Virus record (IMG/VR): IMGVR_UViG_3300023055_000005
Length of the DNA stretch: 64,000 nt
Reading direction: 5' to 3' (one strand)
From: a virus
Lineage: Duplodnaviria; Caudoviricetes
The notes under the pieces were generated by a model. That model searched no databases, was not told the origin of the DNA, and worked only from the letters and a program-made list of their open reading frames with translations. Shown here in pieces: positions 54,789 through 64,000 of this stretch. Each line of letters opens with the position of its first letter. Within the stretch, counting starts at the first letter, position 1. A program made the position numbers and the translations under genes.

Positions 54789-55184
54789 ATGCCTGGTATC
54801 TTCACGTTGTCTTCCAAAGGGCCTGCACGAAGCATTCAGGAGACCGCCGATACGGCAGTTGCGCACTTCCTGATTGCTGAGTATTCGCAGAGCACCATGT
54901 TCGCCGATAACGTCCAGTCGTTCCCCTGGATCATTCAGGCATTCTCCAGTGATGAGTCTGCCCTGAAGCGTCAGATCGAGGATCGACTGCAGCAACACCT
55001 GTCACATTACTTCGATGGTTCGCAGGTCGAAGTAAGCACCAGTGAGAAAGTGGTGGGCGATGAGAATCGACTGCATGTGGTTATCACCGCAACCGTGACT
55101 CGCGATGGCTATGCCTACTGCGTTGGGCACGAAATCAGTACCTACCAAGGTGCAGTGCTGCGCATCATGAAGCTCAGCAACTGA
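54789..55184 (+). CDS. Conserved core protein (131 aa), possibly a gp25/baseplate-wedge-like fold
   Basis: GGAG SD; alpha-helical then beta-strand pattern; synteny. The fold assignment is a guess. Confidence 0.55.
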   Translation: MPGIFTLSSKGPARSIQETADTAVAHFLIAEYSQSTMFADNVQSFPWIIQAFSSDESALKRQIEDRLQQHLSHYFDGSQVEVSTSEKVVGDENRLHVVITATVTRDGYAYCVGHEISTYQGAVLRIMKLSN

Positions 55185-55221
55185 CCTTATTTTTTTCTTT
55201 CAAAAACAGGCTCTATTAGAA

Positions 55222-56292
55222 ATGACCCAGACCGCAATGTTGCCGAAGAACGACCCGCGCGTTGGTGCTGAACTGGACAAGTTGATCCAGGCACTGAGCG
55301 ATTTCGAAGCCGATGAAACCGGTGACCTCGGTAAGGCGACCAGCCAGCTGATCACCATCCTGCAGAACCCCGAAGCGGCACTGGCCATCGGCGCCTTCCG
55401 CGATGACCTGGTGCAGCTGCTGAACCTGACCCAGCCGGCCAGCGAACAGCAGATCGCCGATGAACTGCTGATGCACAACCCCGGCACCCTGCGCACCCTG
55501 GGCGACATGTCCGGCATCCCGTACGGCGACCGCGCCGGCCGCTTCGAAGGTCATGAAGCTGCCATGGAACTGGACACCCTGCAGGAACTGCCGGCCTTCG
55601 ACGCAGGTGCCGAAGACATCGTCGGCGGCGCCACCAGCCCCGAGTACGACGAAACCGTGCGCAACGACTTCGTCCTCGCCGTCGGCCAGGTCGCCGATCC
55701 GGCCACGGCCGATCTGCTGACCCGCCTGTACGACCAGGTCCAGCAGGCCAACCGCAAGGTACAGCACCTGGAACAGCAGAACCGCCAGATGGCTGCCCGC
55801 CTGGCCGAGCCGCTGCGCCAGATCGTCGACGGCACTGCCCGCCAGATCGCCGAACTGCGCCAGGGTCTGGCTGACCTGCGCGATGACGCCGGCTACCTGT
55901 CCTTCGGCGCCTTCCACGACCTGCTGACCACCGCGTCCAAGAACGTGGACCGCACCATGCAGGCCCGCCACAACCATCGCATCAACAAAGCCCGCACCTC
56001 GGTGGAGTTCTCCGAGCAGAAGATCGACGACCGCTCGGTCCTGGTCACCCTGTCCCCGCCGAACGATCCGGTCACTCCGAACAAGTTCGAGGTGAAGAAC
56101 CGCATCGACGGCCAGTGGGTGGACGTCTCCAAGGAGATCCCGTCCTACGCGCTGGAAATGGTCTGCGAGCAGCTGCAGGTCCGCGGCCTGAACGACGGCA
56201 AGCGCCGCTGGGCGAACATCGCCATCCAGCAGGACGAACCGGCCGCCGCCGAAGGCGAGCAGCACGACCACGACCACGATCACCAGCACTGA
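55222..56292 (+). CDS. Conserved core protein with coiled coil (phiKZ gp62-like), His/Asp-rich tail
   Basis: Strong codon bias, coiled-coil segment, ends HDHDHDHQH. Confidence 0.65.
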   Translation: MTQTAMLPKNDPRVGAELDKLIQALSDFEADETGDLGKATSQLITILQNPEAALAIGAFRDDLVQLLNLTQPASEQQIADELLMHNPGTLRTLGDMSGIPYGDRAGRFEGHEAAMELDTLQELPAFDAGAEDIVGGATSPEYDETVRNDFVLAVGQVADPATADLLTRLYDQVQQANRKVQHLEQQNRQMAARLAEPLRQIVDGTARQIAELRQGLADLRDDAGYLSFGAFHDLLTTASKNVDRTMQARHNHRINKARTSVEFSEQKIDDRSVLVTLSPPNDPVTPNKFEVKNRIDGQWVDVSKEIPSYALEMVCEQLQVRGLNDGKRRWANIAIQQDEPAAAEGEQHDHDHDHQH

Positions 56293-56350
56293 TCGTGAAG
56301 TAACCACTGACCCGGTGAATTAAGTAGCCGGGTCTTTCAAGGCGAAGAAC

Positions 56351-56950
56351 ATGTCCGACAAAGACAACGGGTCTGTCGATCCCCGATCGATTGATCAAAT
56401 CCTGACCGAGCGTCAGGCTGCTCCGTTCGTGAAGGCACTGAAGCACATTCTCGATATGAATGCCGCTGACGTGCCGACCATCACCGAGCACGCCTTCAAG
56501 GCAACCATCCTGCCGTTGCTGACCTCCACGGAAGAAGAAATCAACCTGGAGCCGTGGGTACACGTTGCCGGTAGCCCGAACCGTCCGATCAACGTGGTCG
56601 ACCACACCGGGCAGTTGCTGTTCCAGTTGCCGGCCCTGATGTCCATGCGGGCCACGCATTACGCCATCACCAATGAAGCCTCCTTCTTGGAGATCTTCCG
56701 GCGCACTGAAGCCATCCGCATCAAGAGCCCTTACGCCGCGCGCCGCGCAGCTGAAGAGCTGTTGGCTCAGCGCGTGTTCGACCCCGGCGTGAACTACGAC
56801 ACCGCGGTCATCATGGATGGTATCTTCCGTCGTTACGGCGTGAAGCCGTTGTTCGAAGACGACGGCGACGATGGCACGTCAGCGCCCACTGCTACCACGG
56901 GCGGTGGCAAGACCAATATCAGGCCTCCCGATGCGTTCGAAGAGTTCTAA
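56351..56950 (+). CDS. Conserved core protein (phiKZ gp64-like)
   Basis: I.E..FK..ILP.L, W...AGSP..P..VVD..G.LLF..P and W..IF.RYG-like motifs; upstream of the SbcD-like gene. Confidence 0.65.
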   Translation: MSDKDNGSVDPRSIDQILTERQAAPFVKALKHILDMNAADVPTITEHAFKATILPLLTSTEEEINLEPWVHVAGSPNRPINVVDHTGQLLFQLPALMSMRATHYAITNEASFLEIFRRTEAIRIKSPYAARRAAEELLAQRVFDPGVNYDTAVIMDGIFRRYGVKPLFEDDGDDGTSAPTATTGGGKTNIRPPDAFEEF

Positions 56951-58079
56951 GTATCTGAAGACGATGCAGGTCGGTGATATCCACACCGGCCATGGCAGAA
57001 CCCCGACCACCCACATCCTCAACAATCTGCGTGAGAAGTTCAATCACGAGACCTTGGCGGATGTGGATCTGCTCTGCATCAACGGTGACCTGTTTGACAA
57101 GATCCTCTACTTCCCTAACCCGGTAGTGATTGAGATCCAGTTGTGGGCTGACTATCTGCTGCGCGTCTGTGCCGACTGCAATGTCGTGCTGCGCGTACTG
57201 GAAGGAACTGACTCCCACGATGCCAAGCAGAACACCATGTTCACCACGCTGCTGGAGTCCAACCGTCTGACGTTGGATTTCAAGTACCAGAACACGGTGT
57301 GTATCGAGTACATCGAGAAGCTGGACATCAACGTGTTGTTCATCCCGGACAACTGGCCTTCGGGCATTGATGGGACGTGGCTGGAGGTGCAGAGCCTGCT
57401 GAGGGAGCACGGCTTGGATAAGGTGGACTTTGCCTGCATGCATGGTGCGTTCACGCATCAGCTGCCGGAAGTCGTTGCGATCCATGGTGAGGGCGGGATG
57501 CACAACCCCGACCGGTACTCGGAGATCGTGGAGAAGTACGTCTTCATCAACCATGTGCACAAGCAATCGCGCTACAAGAACATCATCGCACCTGGCTCCT
57601 TTGATCGCCTTGCCCACGGCGAAGAAGAGGACAAGGGGTTTGTTGTTGCCGAGATTGGGTACGACGGAAACGATAAGATCACCTTCGTCACCAACCACAA
57701 GGCAATGATATACAAGACGGTGGATTGCTCAAACCTGACAGCGTCGGAAGTGTTCGAGAAGATCAATGCGTTGGTCGATCTTGGAATGCTGCCCAATGGC
57801 TCCTACCTCAGGGTGCAAGGTAATCGCCACGATCCGGCCGTGATCGGTCTGAAAGAGATCCGTCGTGAGTTCCCCCTGCTCATCTTCGATGACCCCAAGG
57901 TCAACAAAGAGAAAGTCGTTGAAAGTACTCTCTTCACTGATACACGCAATCGTTTTGAAGAAATCACTGTCACACCTGACAATCTAAAACAACTACTCAT
58001 GCCTCGCATCGAGGCTCGACTGGGCGAAGGTGCCCAGTTAACAGGTGTATGCAGTTCCATCATTGATGAGCTTCTCTAA
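56931..58079 (+). CDS. SbcD/Mre11-like metallophosphoesterase nuclease (phiKZ gp65-like)
   Basis: GDIH, GDLFD, GTDSHD, MHG and NHVH motifs. Likely start is ATG 56931. Confidence 0.88.
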   Translation: MRSKSSKYLKTMQVGDIHTGHGRTPTTHILNNLREKFNHETLADVDLLCINGDLFDKILYFPNPVVIEIQLWADYLLRVCADCNVVLRVLEGTDSHDAKQNTMFTTLLESNRLTLDFKYQNTVCIEYIEKLDINVLFIPDNWPSGIDGTWLEVQSLLREHGLDKVDFACMHGAFTHQLPEVVAIHGEGGMHNPDRYSEIVEKYVFINHVHKQSRYKNIIAPGSFDRLAHGEEEDKGFVVAEIGYDGNDKITFVTNHKAMIYKTVDCSNLTASEVFEKINALVDLGMLPNGSYLRVQGNRHDPAVIGLKEIRREFPLLIFDDPKVNKEKVVESTLFTDTRNRFEEITVTPDNLKQLLMPRIEARLGEGAQLTGVCSSIIDELL

Positions 58080-58090
58080 AGGAGAGTTCT

Positions 58091-59218
58091 GTGAGCAAGT
58101 TTGAGAGTGCTGTAAGTGTCGCATTGAACCAAATCAGCGCCCAGTTTGAGCAGCTGGCCCAAGCTGTCAGGACCGCTTTGCCCCATGCTCCGATCCCCAC
58201 CGGTTATGGGGCTCCAGGGCTGCATTCGCTCATCAGCAACCTGAAGTTGGCCGGTGAGTGCGAGATGGCCGATACCGTCAAGATGCTGCGCGACACTGGG
58301 GCGATTATCCCCAACATGCCGATCGTGGTGAACTACCTCAACGATCGCGATACCGCGTGGGACGGTAGGCTCACCCTTAACCTGAAGCGATTCATCGGCA
58401 GCAATGTCACGGTTGCGTCCGATTTCCTGCATCAGGTGGATGCGCCGATCGTTGTCCGTGATCCGGATGGTCGTTGGACCTTCACCATCAAGGCCAAGGA
58501 CAAGAACACCGGCTTCTATCGGGCAACTGACAAGAGTATTGAGATGACCCTGGAGTTTGTCGACGACAACACCTCGGCCAAGCTCAACCTCTCCCCCATG
58601 GGCAACATGGTCAGTCTCGATGCCAAGACCTTCGTGAAGCACCGCAACGAAGACGTGATGCACGGCAACCCGGCGGTGTTCTCGAAGGACTGGATCAAGA
58701 AGGCTGTCGAAGATCCTCTGGAAGTAGCGCTGATGGATCTGGCAGCCGCCAAGCTCGGCGAGCCGATCATGATCGACGAACTGGGTCAGTGGTTCGCTAG
58801 CCATGCTGATCTGGTGCGGGCCAATCCGAAGCCGGCCGAGTACCATGAGCGCAGCGTCATGTTCGAGCGGTCCATGAAGGACGGCACTTACTACACGGCG
58901 ACCACCCCCAGTCACCACAGCCTGGAGTCGGAGGAGTGCACGATCTTCTTCACCTTCGAGCATCAGGATCAGAACCAGCGCCTCAAGGCACATCTCCAAA
59001 TGAAGTCCGTCGAGGGCGAGTACGTCCACGAAGGGTTCCAGCTGATGTACGAGACGGCCGACGGTCATAACCAGGGTAGCCGGTACTGGAAGAACAGCAT
59101 GGTCGACAAGGCCGAGCTGCTGCGTCTGCAGCGCATCTACGCACCGGTGTTTGAAAAGCTCCGGACAGAGAAAGAAGAACAGGAGGCGGCGCAGTCAGCT
59201 GACACTCCTGTCCACTAG
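58091..59218 (+). CDS. Hypothetical protein (375 aa)
   Basis: AAGGAG SD with GTG start; no recognisable motif. Confidence 0.8.
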   Translation: MSKFESAVSVALNQISAQFEQLAQAVRTALPHAPIPTGYGAPGLHSLISNLKLAGECEMADTVKMLRDTGAIIPNMPIVVNYLNDRDTAWDGRLTLNLKRFIGSNVTVASDFLHQVDAPIVVRDPDGRWTFTIKAKDKNTGFYRATDKSIEMTLEFVDDNTSAKLNLSPMGNMVSLDAKTFVKHRNEDVMHGNPAVFSKDWIKKAVEDPLEVALMDLAAAKLGEPIMIDELGQWFASHADLVRANPKPAEYHERSVMFERSMKDGTYYTATTPSHHSLESEECTIFFTFEHQDQNQRLKAHLQMKSVEGEYVHEGFQLMYETADGHNQGSRYWKNSMVDKAELLRLQRIYAPVFEKLRTEKEEQEAAQSADTPVH

Positions 59219-59228
59219 GCCCAGGTGA

Positions 59229-60071
59229 ATGAACATCATCCAAAGAAAGTTGGAAGAGCGTGAGCTGGGGCAGATTCCGGTTTCGATCGGAACCTCCCTT
59301 GCACTGGAGGGCGCCTTCGGGATCTACCCGGAAAACCCCGTCAGTCCTCCGCCGATCCACTCGGTGAGGCGTGTGTACATCAACGTGCGCACGCTGATCC
59401 GCAATGTGATCAATGGGCTGGATGCAGATGGCAAGGATCTGGTGACAGCCTCACCGATCTTTGACATCGTGGCTGAGGAGATGGAAATCATCTCAGCTGC
59501 AATCTCGCGTCAAGGCAATGCCAACAACAGCGTGGTCTTCTACGCGCCGTCGTACATCAGCCTGGCACGGAAGTTCAGGTTCGCCAAACTCTGGGAACCC
59601 AAGACCCCTCGACAGATTGCGCTGTTTGCAATTGAAGAGGCAGTCACCAAGCAGATTGCCAAGGAAGTGCGTACGGTCTCCATCTTGCACATGGACACCG
59701 ACTTCCCCAACAACCTGCCGGAGAGCTTCCTGCTCACCCATTACCCGGTGGACCTGCTCTCCCGGTACAGTTTCAAACGTGTTGATCTGCTGGAGTCTCA
59801 CACCGGTAAGATCAAGCCGTTCTCGCAGTGGTTCACCAAGCTCGGCGGAAGTAAGGAGTTCACCAACATCCCCTTCAACCGGCTGACACTGCAAGTGTTC
59901 GGCGATGGCAGCAATCACTTCCTCTCGGGTCCGAACCCGTGGAAGAAAGCGGTCTTGGAGTTGGCGGCAGACCGTAACTGGACACCTGTCACCACTCCCG
60001 AACTGGTGGTCGATTCCATCAGGCGGTACAAAGATCCGCTCATCAAAGGTCAGCTACTTTCCCTTCTGTAA
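59229..60071 (+). CDS. Conserved core protein (phiKZ gp66-like), possibly a 5'-3' nuclease-like fold
   Basis: G.IPVSIGTSLA, YINVRTL.RN, LTHYPVDLL, LLESHTG and QVFGD motifs; synteny. Confidence 0.65.
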   Translation: MNIIQRKLEERELGQIPVSIGTSLALEGAFGIYPENPVSPPPIHSVRRVYINVRTLIRNVINGLDADGKDLVTASPIFDIVAEEMEIISAAISRQGNANNSVVFYAPSYISLARKFRFAKLWEPKTPRQIALFAIEEAVTKQIAKEVRTVSILHMDTDFPNNLPESFLLTHYPVDLLSRYSFKRVDLLESHTGKIKPFSQWFTKLGGSKEFTNIPFNRLTLQVFGDGSNHFLSGPNPWKKAVLELAADRNWTPVTTPELVVDSIRRYKDPLIKGQLLSLL

Positions 60072-60129
60072 TAACTGACGGGAGTAGCAGATAAAATGTA
60101 CAACGCACTGCACGGGAAATAAGACCAAA

Positions 60130-60897
60130 ATGGCTTACGGAAACAACAACCAGAGCAACCAGCCGAAGGTGGCGCCGAACATCCTGAACGACTGGGATCT
60201 TCGCATGATCGGCGACCCGCAGCAGGGTGCCAAGAAGCCGCCGGCTCTGAACTGGCGTCTGAGCAACACCAAGTCCGGCACCAAGGCCGTCATGCAGGTC
60301 CGCACCAATGTACCCGGTGCCAAGGACGACGGCCTGATCTCGGCGCAGTTCAACACCCGTGACTTCTTCGGCGGTTTCCTGGGCATGTTCAAGCGCCTGG
60401 AGAAGCTGGAAGCCGGCAAGCAGCTGGTGATGGGCAACAACCGCTTCTTCAACGGCAAGCAGAACACCGTCTCCAAGACCATCCTGGGCAAGGAAGCGGA
60501 CGGCGCCTGCTACATCGGCCTGGTGGCCCGTGATCAGGCCAACGTGAAGTTCTACTTCGGCCCGAGCGAGAACCACTTCCTGACCTACGCCGACGGCACT
60601 CCGCTGTCGAAGGAAGAAGTCAGCCTGATGTACGCCGGCCAGTACGCCGAAATGCTGCTGCACTTCCTGGGCAACCTGCTGACCTCGGCCTACGTTCCGC
60701 CGCCGCCGCGTGATGGTGGCTTCCAGGGCGGTGGCGGTGGCGGTGGTGGTTACGGCGGTGGCAACCGCGGTGGCCAGGGTGGCGGTGGTGGTGGCGGCTA
60801 CGGTGGTGGCGGTGGGGCTGGCTTCCAGTCCAACGGCGGCTCCGGTGGTGGCTTCGACGCAGGCTTCGGTGGCGACGACCTGCCGGAAAACTTCTAA
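60130..60897 (+). CDS. chmC: ChmC, nuclear-shell-associated nucleic-acid-binding protein (phiKZ gp67-like) with Gly-rich tail
   Basis: Immediately upstream of the gp68-like and PicA genes; globular N-terminal domain plus a long GGGGGYGG tail ending in an acidic tip (DDLPENF). Confidence 0.7.
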   Translation: MAYGNNNQSNQPKVAPNILNDWDLRMIGDPQQGAKKPPALNWRLSNTKSGTKAVMQVRTNVPGAKDDGLISAQFNTRDFFGGFLGMFKRLEKLEAGKQLVMGNNRFFNGKQNTVSKTILGKEADGACYIGLVARDQANVKFYFGPSENHFLTYADGTPLSKEEVSLMYAGQYAEMLLHFLGNLLTSAYVPPPPRDGGFQGGGGGGGGYGGGNRGGQGGGGGGGYGGGGGAGFQSNGGSGGGFDAGFGGDDLPENF

Positions 60898-60982
60898 GCG
60901 GCCGGATGCCGTAGACATACCGACATATGGACACGGGAGCATCTGCTCCCGTGTCCAGTCTACCCCTGTCAACTGAAAAAAA

Positions 60983-60999
60983 GTTCAGCCATACATTAC
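60983..60999 (+). promoter_or_regulatory. Early-type promoter
   Basis: GTTCAG-CCA-TACATTAC preceded by an A tract. Confidence 0.6.
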
Positions 61000-61036
61000 C
61001 CATATGGCGCCCTACAAATAAGACAGGAACGCAGCA

Positions 61037-62578
61037 ATGAAAATTGAAATCTCCAGAGAGTCGGGAAGTGGTGGCGTGATCGAGGTTACTCTCAGTCACG
61101 GCAACTACGAGCCGACCACCTGGAACACGAGCATGCACGACCGGACCAAGATCAAGGACCGACCGGCACTGTTCAAACATCTCAACGCGTACTGGGCACA
61201 TTTGCCCGAAGAAAAGCAGGAACAGATCTGGCACATCTACGAGACCATGCGGATGACCTTCGCCAAGGTCTTCGACGACAGCCTGCTGCCCCTGCTGCTG
61301 AAACAGATCCGCGAGCTGTTCGACGTCATGACTCCGGAAGATCTCTCCAAGTGGATGAGTCTGCGAGGCAACGCTGGTATCCCCAGTGCCATCTCCGACG
61401 CCTACACCGAGGAAGGTCGCTATGGGAGCATCAAGCGCTTCCATGACCGGACCTGCCTGCGTCCTGACTACCGCAACTTCATCTACACCGCTTTGGCATT
61501 GCGTTCGCTGATGCCGGTGTTCGGTGAATACATCTCCCGTACCGAGAAGATCAATGGCGCGGTCTTCAAGGAGATGATGGCACTGCCGCTGATCAGCGGA
61601 AGCCAGTTGTGGGACATGCCGGGCGTGCAGTGGTTGATCAAGTACGTCGATGCAACGCTGGAGCAGGAGAAGCCTTCTGACTCGGCAATCATCGGCGGTA
61701 TCGGTCCATCGGAACGACCGGACTGGCTGCTGGCCAAGATCTTGATCCGTCGCCTCACCACCGAAGAGTTCCCGGTGAATGGCGATGACAACAACATCAT
61801 GATCAACATCTACCACGTCGTACGCAACTCGTTGAAGAACGAGCACAAGAGCTTGATGGGTCCGATCACCAGCAAGTTCCGCAACGACAGCGACATGGGC
61901 GATGATCAAGAGCGCATCTCCCGGTACGAGCAGTACAAGGAACGCACTAATCTCTCCCAAGGTGACATGGCGCCCAATCGCATCTGGATCGAAGACTACG
62001 TCGCAGCCGCTCAGCGACTGGACCCGACGATCGACCAGGCGATGGTGGAGACCTGCGTCAGCTACGCACGCAAGCAGGATATCACGGTGATCTCCGAGCA
62101 CACCATGGTCCTGATCAAGTACGTGCTGGATCCGGCCGTATCCTCCAAGAGCATTGATCCGCTCTTGCTGCCCACTACTCTGGTAGCGGCAGGCGTTACC
62201 CAAGCACTGCTGTGGCATTGGGGCTTCTTCGATCTGGCCGGCATCGTTACCGCCCGTCGTTTCGAGGTTCCCGAAGATGCAATGGCTTCTGGTCCTGAGC
62301 AACGTAACCGAGTCCCCAAGGACTTGGCCGAGGACTTGACTCGACTGTATCCCCACTATGTAACCCCGAAGGGTGGGCGACCGCAGACCGAGCGAAAGAA
62401 GAACATGGCATACATCGCCATCGATCTCATGGCAAACCTGATGTTCGGCGCAGAATGGACTCTGACCTGTCCGCCGGCGTTGGCCAAACAGACCAACCGT
62501 ATCACCAATGACAGGATGGTCGCACCAGCGGACCTGAGAGAACAGCTGGCAAGACTCATCATCGAACGTATCGCGTAA
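61037..62578 (+). CDS. Non-virion RNAP promoter-specificity (sigma-like) subunit (phiKZ gp68-like)
   Basis: 513 aa; LN.YW..LP, RTCLRPDY..F...AL.LR.LMPVFGEYI and EQYK motifs; synteny between ChmC and PicA. Confidence 0.8.
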   Translation: MKIEISRESGSGGVIEVTLSHGNYEPTTWNTSMHDRTKIKDRPALFKHLNAYWAHLPEEKQEQIWHIYETMRMTFAKVFDDSLLPLLLKQIRELFDVMTPEDLSKWMSLRGNAGIPSAISDAYTEEGRYGSIKRFHDRTCLRPDYRNFIYTALALRSLMPVFGEYISRTEKINGAVFKEMMALPLISGSQLWDMPGVQWLIKYVDATLEQEKPSDSAIIGGIGPSERPDWLLAKILIRRLTTEEFPVNGDDNNIMINIYHVVRNSLKNEHKSLMGPITSKFRNDSDMGDDQERISRYEQYKERTNLSQGDMAPNRIWIEDYVAAAQRLDPTIDQAMVETCVSYARKQDITVISEHTMVLIKYVLDPAVSSKSIDPLLLPTTLVAAGVTQALLWHWGFFDLAGIVTARRFEVPEDAMASGPEQRNRVPKDLAEDLTRLYPHYVTPKGGRPQTERKKNMAYIAIDLMANLMFGAEWTLTCPPALAKQTNRITNDRMVAPADLREQLARLIIERIA

Positions 62579-62596
62579 CGGAGTAAAGACAAGAGC

Positions 62597-64000
62597 ATGG
62601 CACGCAAAACTCGCATCATCCAACTTCTGTTCCGGGAGACTGGAACCTACCAGACGATGCAGGCACGTCCCTACGTCGCCGAGATTGACGGACACGACCT
62701 GATCAGTTTCGCTGAACGCACCGATGACGGTTCGAACTTCAGCCGCGAAGCATTGGCCGGACTGGCTGGTAGCATCCTCTCACCGCAGGCCCACAGCGCT
62801 GGCGAAGTTGACATCGCCGGTGGTTACGGCAACAAGCGCTACCGCTTCATCATGGAAGTCAGCCATGAAGATCGCTTCGGCGGTGGACACCGTCAGGTGT
62901 TCTCGGGTTACACCGACTACATGGGTGCCGACTCCCGCACCCGCCGTGGCGATCAGGTTTCCATCGACCGGAACATGAAGCTGTACCTCAACAGCGTCAT
63001 GACCATCCGCGACGTGGTGGACCACAGCAGCAATCGTCGCGACACCATGTCCACGGTGTTCGAGAACTCCCACATCCTGTCGGGCCTTTACAAGCCGAGC
63101 CTGCGACAGGACGAAGGTTCCATGGACGTGCGCATGCGGCCGGAAGACGTCTTCGCTTCGATGACGTTCAGTTCGTTCAAGTCCTCCCGCCGTTCCACCA
63201 ACGACGTGGTGCACGACACGCGAACCTCCTTCGCCGACGGCATCTGCAAGTCGCGCCGTTCCAACTCGACCGCTGCCAACTACCTGAGTGACCTGTTGAC
63301 CACCTACAGTCGCACGACGGACAACATGCAGTACGAGAACACCGATCGTTACAAGAAGCTGGAATCGGCTCGCGGCGCCATCGCCGAGAACTACATCACG
63401 GATGACCTGTTCCTGGGTCCGCTGTACCGTGAGACCAGCCTGAAGACCGGCAACTGGATCACCTTCCAGGAACTGATCGACATCGATCCGGACGTGGAGC
63501 GCGATGAAGTCACCCAGGTTCACCACAGCAAGGTGATCCATCGTGACAGCACCCGCCTGCGTGATCGCAACGACGACCAGGATGACTGGGCCGACGTCAA
63601 CAACGAGACCGTGGCAGCAACCATGCTGTCGCACGCGGTCCCGGCGATCATGATGGACCTCACGCTGACCCAGGTGGCGTTCATTGCTACCAACCGTACC
63701 CGTGACAACCGTCCCGAAGTGCACCCGACCGGCGGCCGCATGTTCAGCAAGCATGTGGACAAGGTTCCCGAGAAGGTCATGAACGTCTTCCTGAACCGCC
63801 TGGAAGATGAAGTGCTGCGCGACATCTCCAACCGTGGTCGTATCGACTACGACATGGAAGTGCGCGTGAACGTGTTCGGCGACTCGATCATCAAGATCTC
63901 CCTGCTGGGCGGTCGACATCACGAGTTCGTTGTACCGTCCTTCAGCGATGCCGGCTTCGTGCCGGTGCTGGCCCGTAGCAGCAGTGCTCTGGCCAGCCTC
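62597..64000 (+). CDS. picA: PicA/Imp1 phage-nucleus protein import factor (phiKZ gp69-like), runs off the right edge; absent from the ORF track
   Basis: Manual translation MARKTRIIQLLFRETGTYQTMQARPY...IAGGYGNKRYRFIMEV matches the family motifs ETGTY...RPY and G....R.RF...V; directly after the gp68-like gene. Confidence 0.8.
   Translation, partial: MARKTRIIQLLFRETGTYQTMQARPYVAEIDGHDLISFAERTDDGSNFSREALAGLAGSILSPQAHSAGEVDIAGGYGNKRYRFIMEVSHEDRFGGGHRQVFSGYTDYMGADSRTRRGDQVSIDRNMKLYLNSVMTIRDVVDHSSNRRDTMSTVFENSHILSGLYKPSLRQDEGSMDVRMRPEDVFASMTFSSFKSSRRSTNDVVHDTRTSFADGICKSRRSNSTAANYLSDLLTTYSRTTDNMQYENTDRYKKLESARGAIAENYITDDLFLGPLYRETSLKTGNWITFQELIDIDPDVERDEVTQVHHSKVIHRDSTRLRDRNDDQDDWADVNNETVAATMLSHAVPAIMMDLTLTQVAFIATNRTRDNRPEVHPTGGRMFSKHVDKVPEKVMNVFLNRLEDEVLRDISNRGRIDYDMEVRVNVFGDSIIKISLLGGRHHEFVVPSFSDAGFVPVLARSSSALASL

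Noticed and set aside
60720-60860. GGT/GGC tandem repeats as a repeat element
   Set aside because: They simply encode the Gly-rich ChmC tail.
1-64000. CRISPR array, retron, DGR, integrase or transposon
   Set aside because: No regularly spaced repeats, reverse transcriptase, template/variable repeat pair or recombinase was recognised in this window.

Overview
This window is the core region of a nucleus-forming jumbo phage (phiKZ-like, Chimalliviridae) with a GC-rich, strongly biased codon usage. From left to right it contains: (1) the tail-tip and tape-measure/lysin genes (gp182- and gp181-like); (2) virion RNA polymerase subunits, head genes and the prohead protease; (3) an ORF-free, densely base-paired region of about 670 nt; (4) baseplate/tail genes, sheath, tube, an inserted membrane-protein cassette and the terminase large subunit; (5) accessory genes, a MazG-like gene and a tandem paralog array; (6) the polymerase subunit of the split family-B DNA polymerase, chimallin (ChmA), the non-virion RNAP beta-prime subunit, an SbcD/Mre11-like nuclease, ChmC, the gp68-like RNAP specificity subunit and PicA/Imp1 (truncated). 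The phiKZ gene-number assignments come from remembered motifs and synteny, not from a database search. The most striking unexplained element is the candidate large structured RNA at 18702-19374. It ends in a start-less reading frame resembling a tmRNA proteolysis tag (ANDTKTNRANVLNCLAA*) and also carries short RNase P-like motifs, but has no recognisable tRNA-like domain. Other leads are a 40-nt promoter shared by chimallin and an unknown 159-aa gene, a symmetric CATA-hairpin-TATG element family, a four-gene paralog array, and an acidic repeat protein in the interval where PhuZ usually lies.
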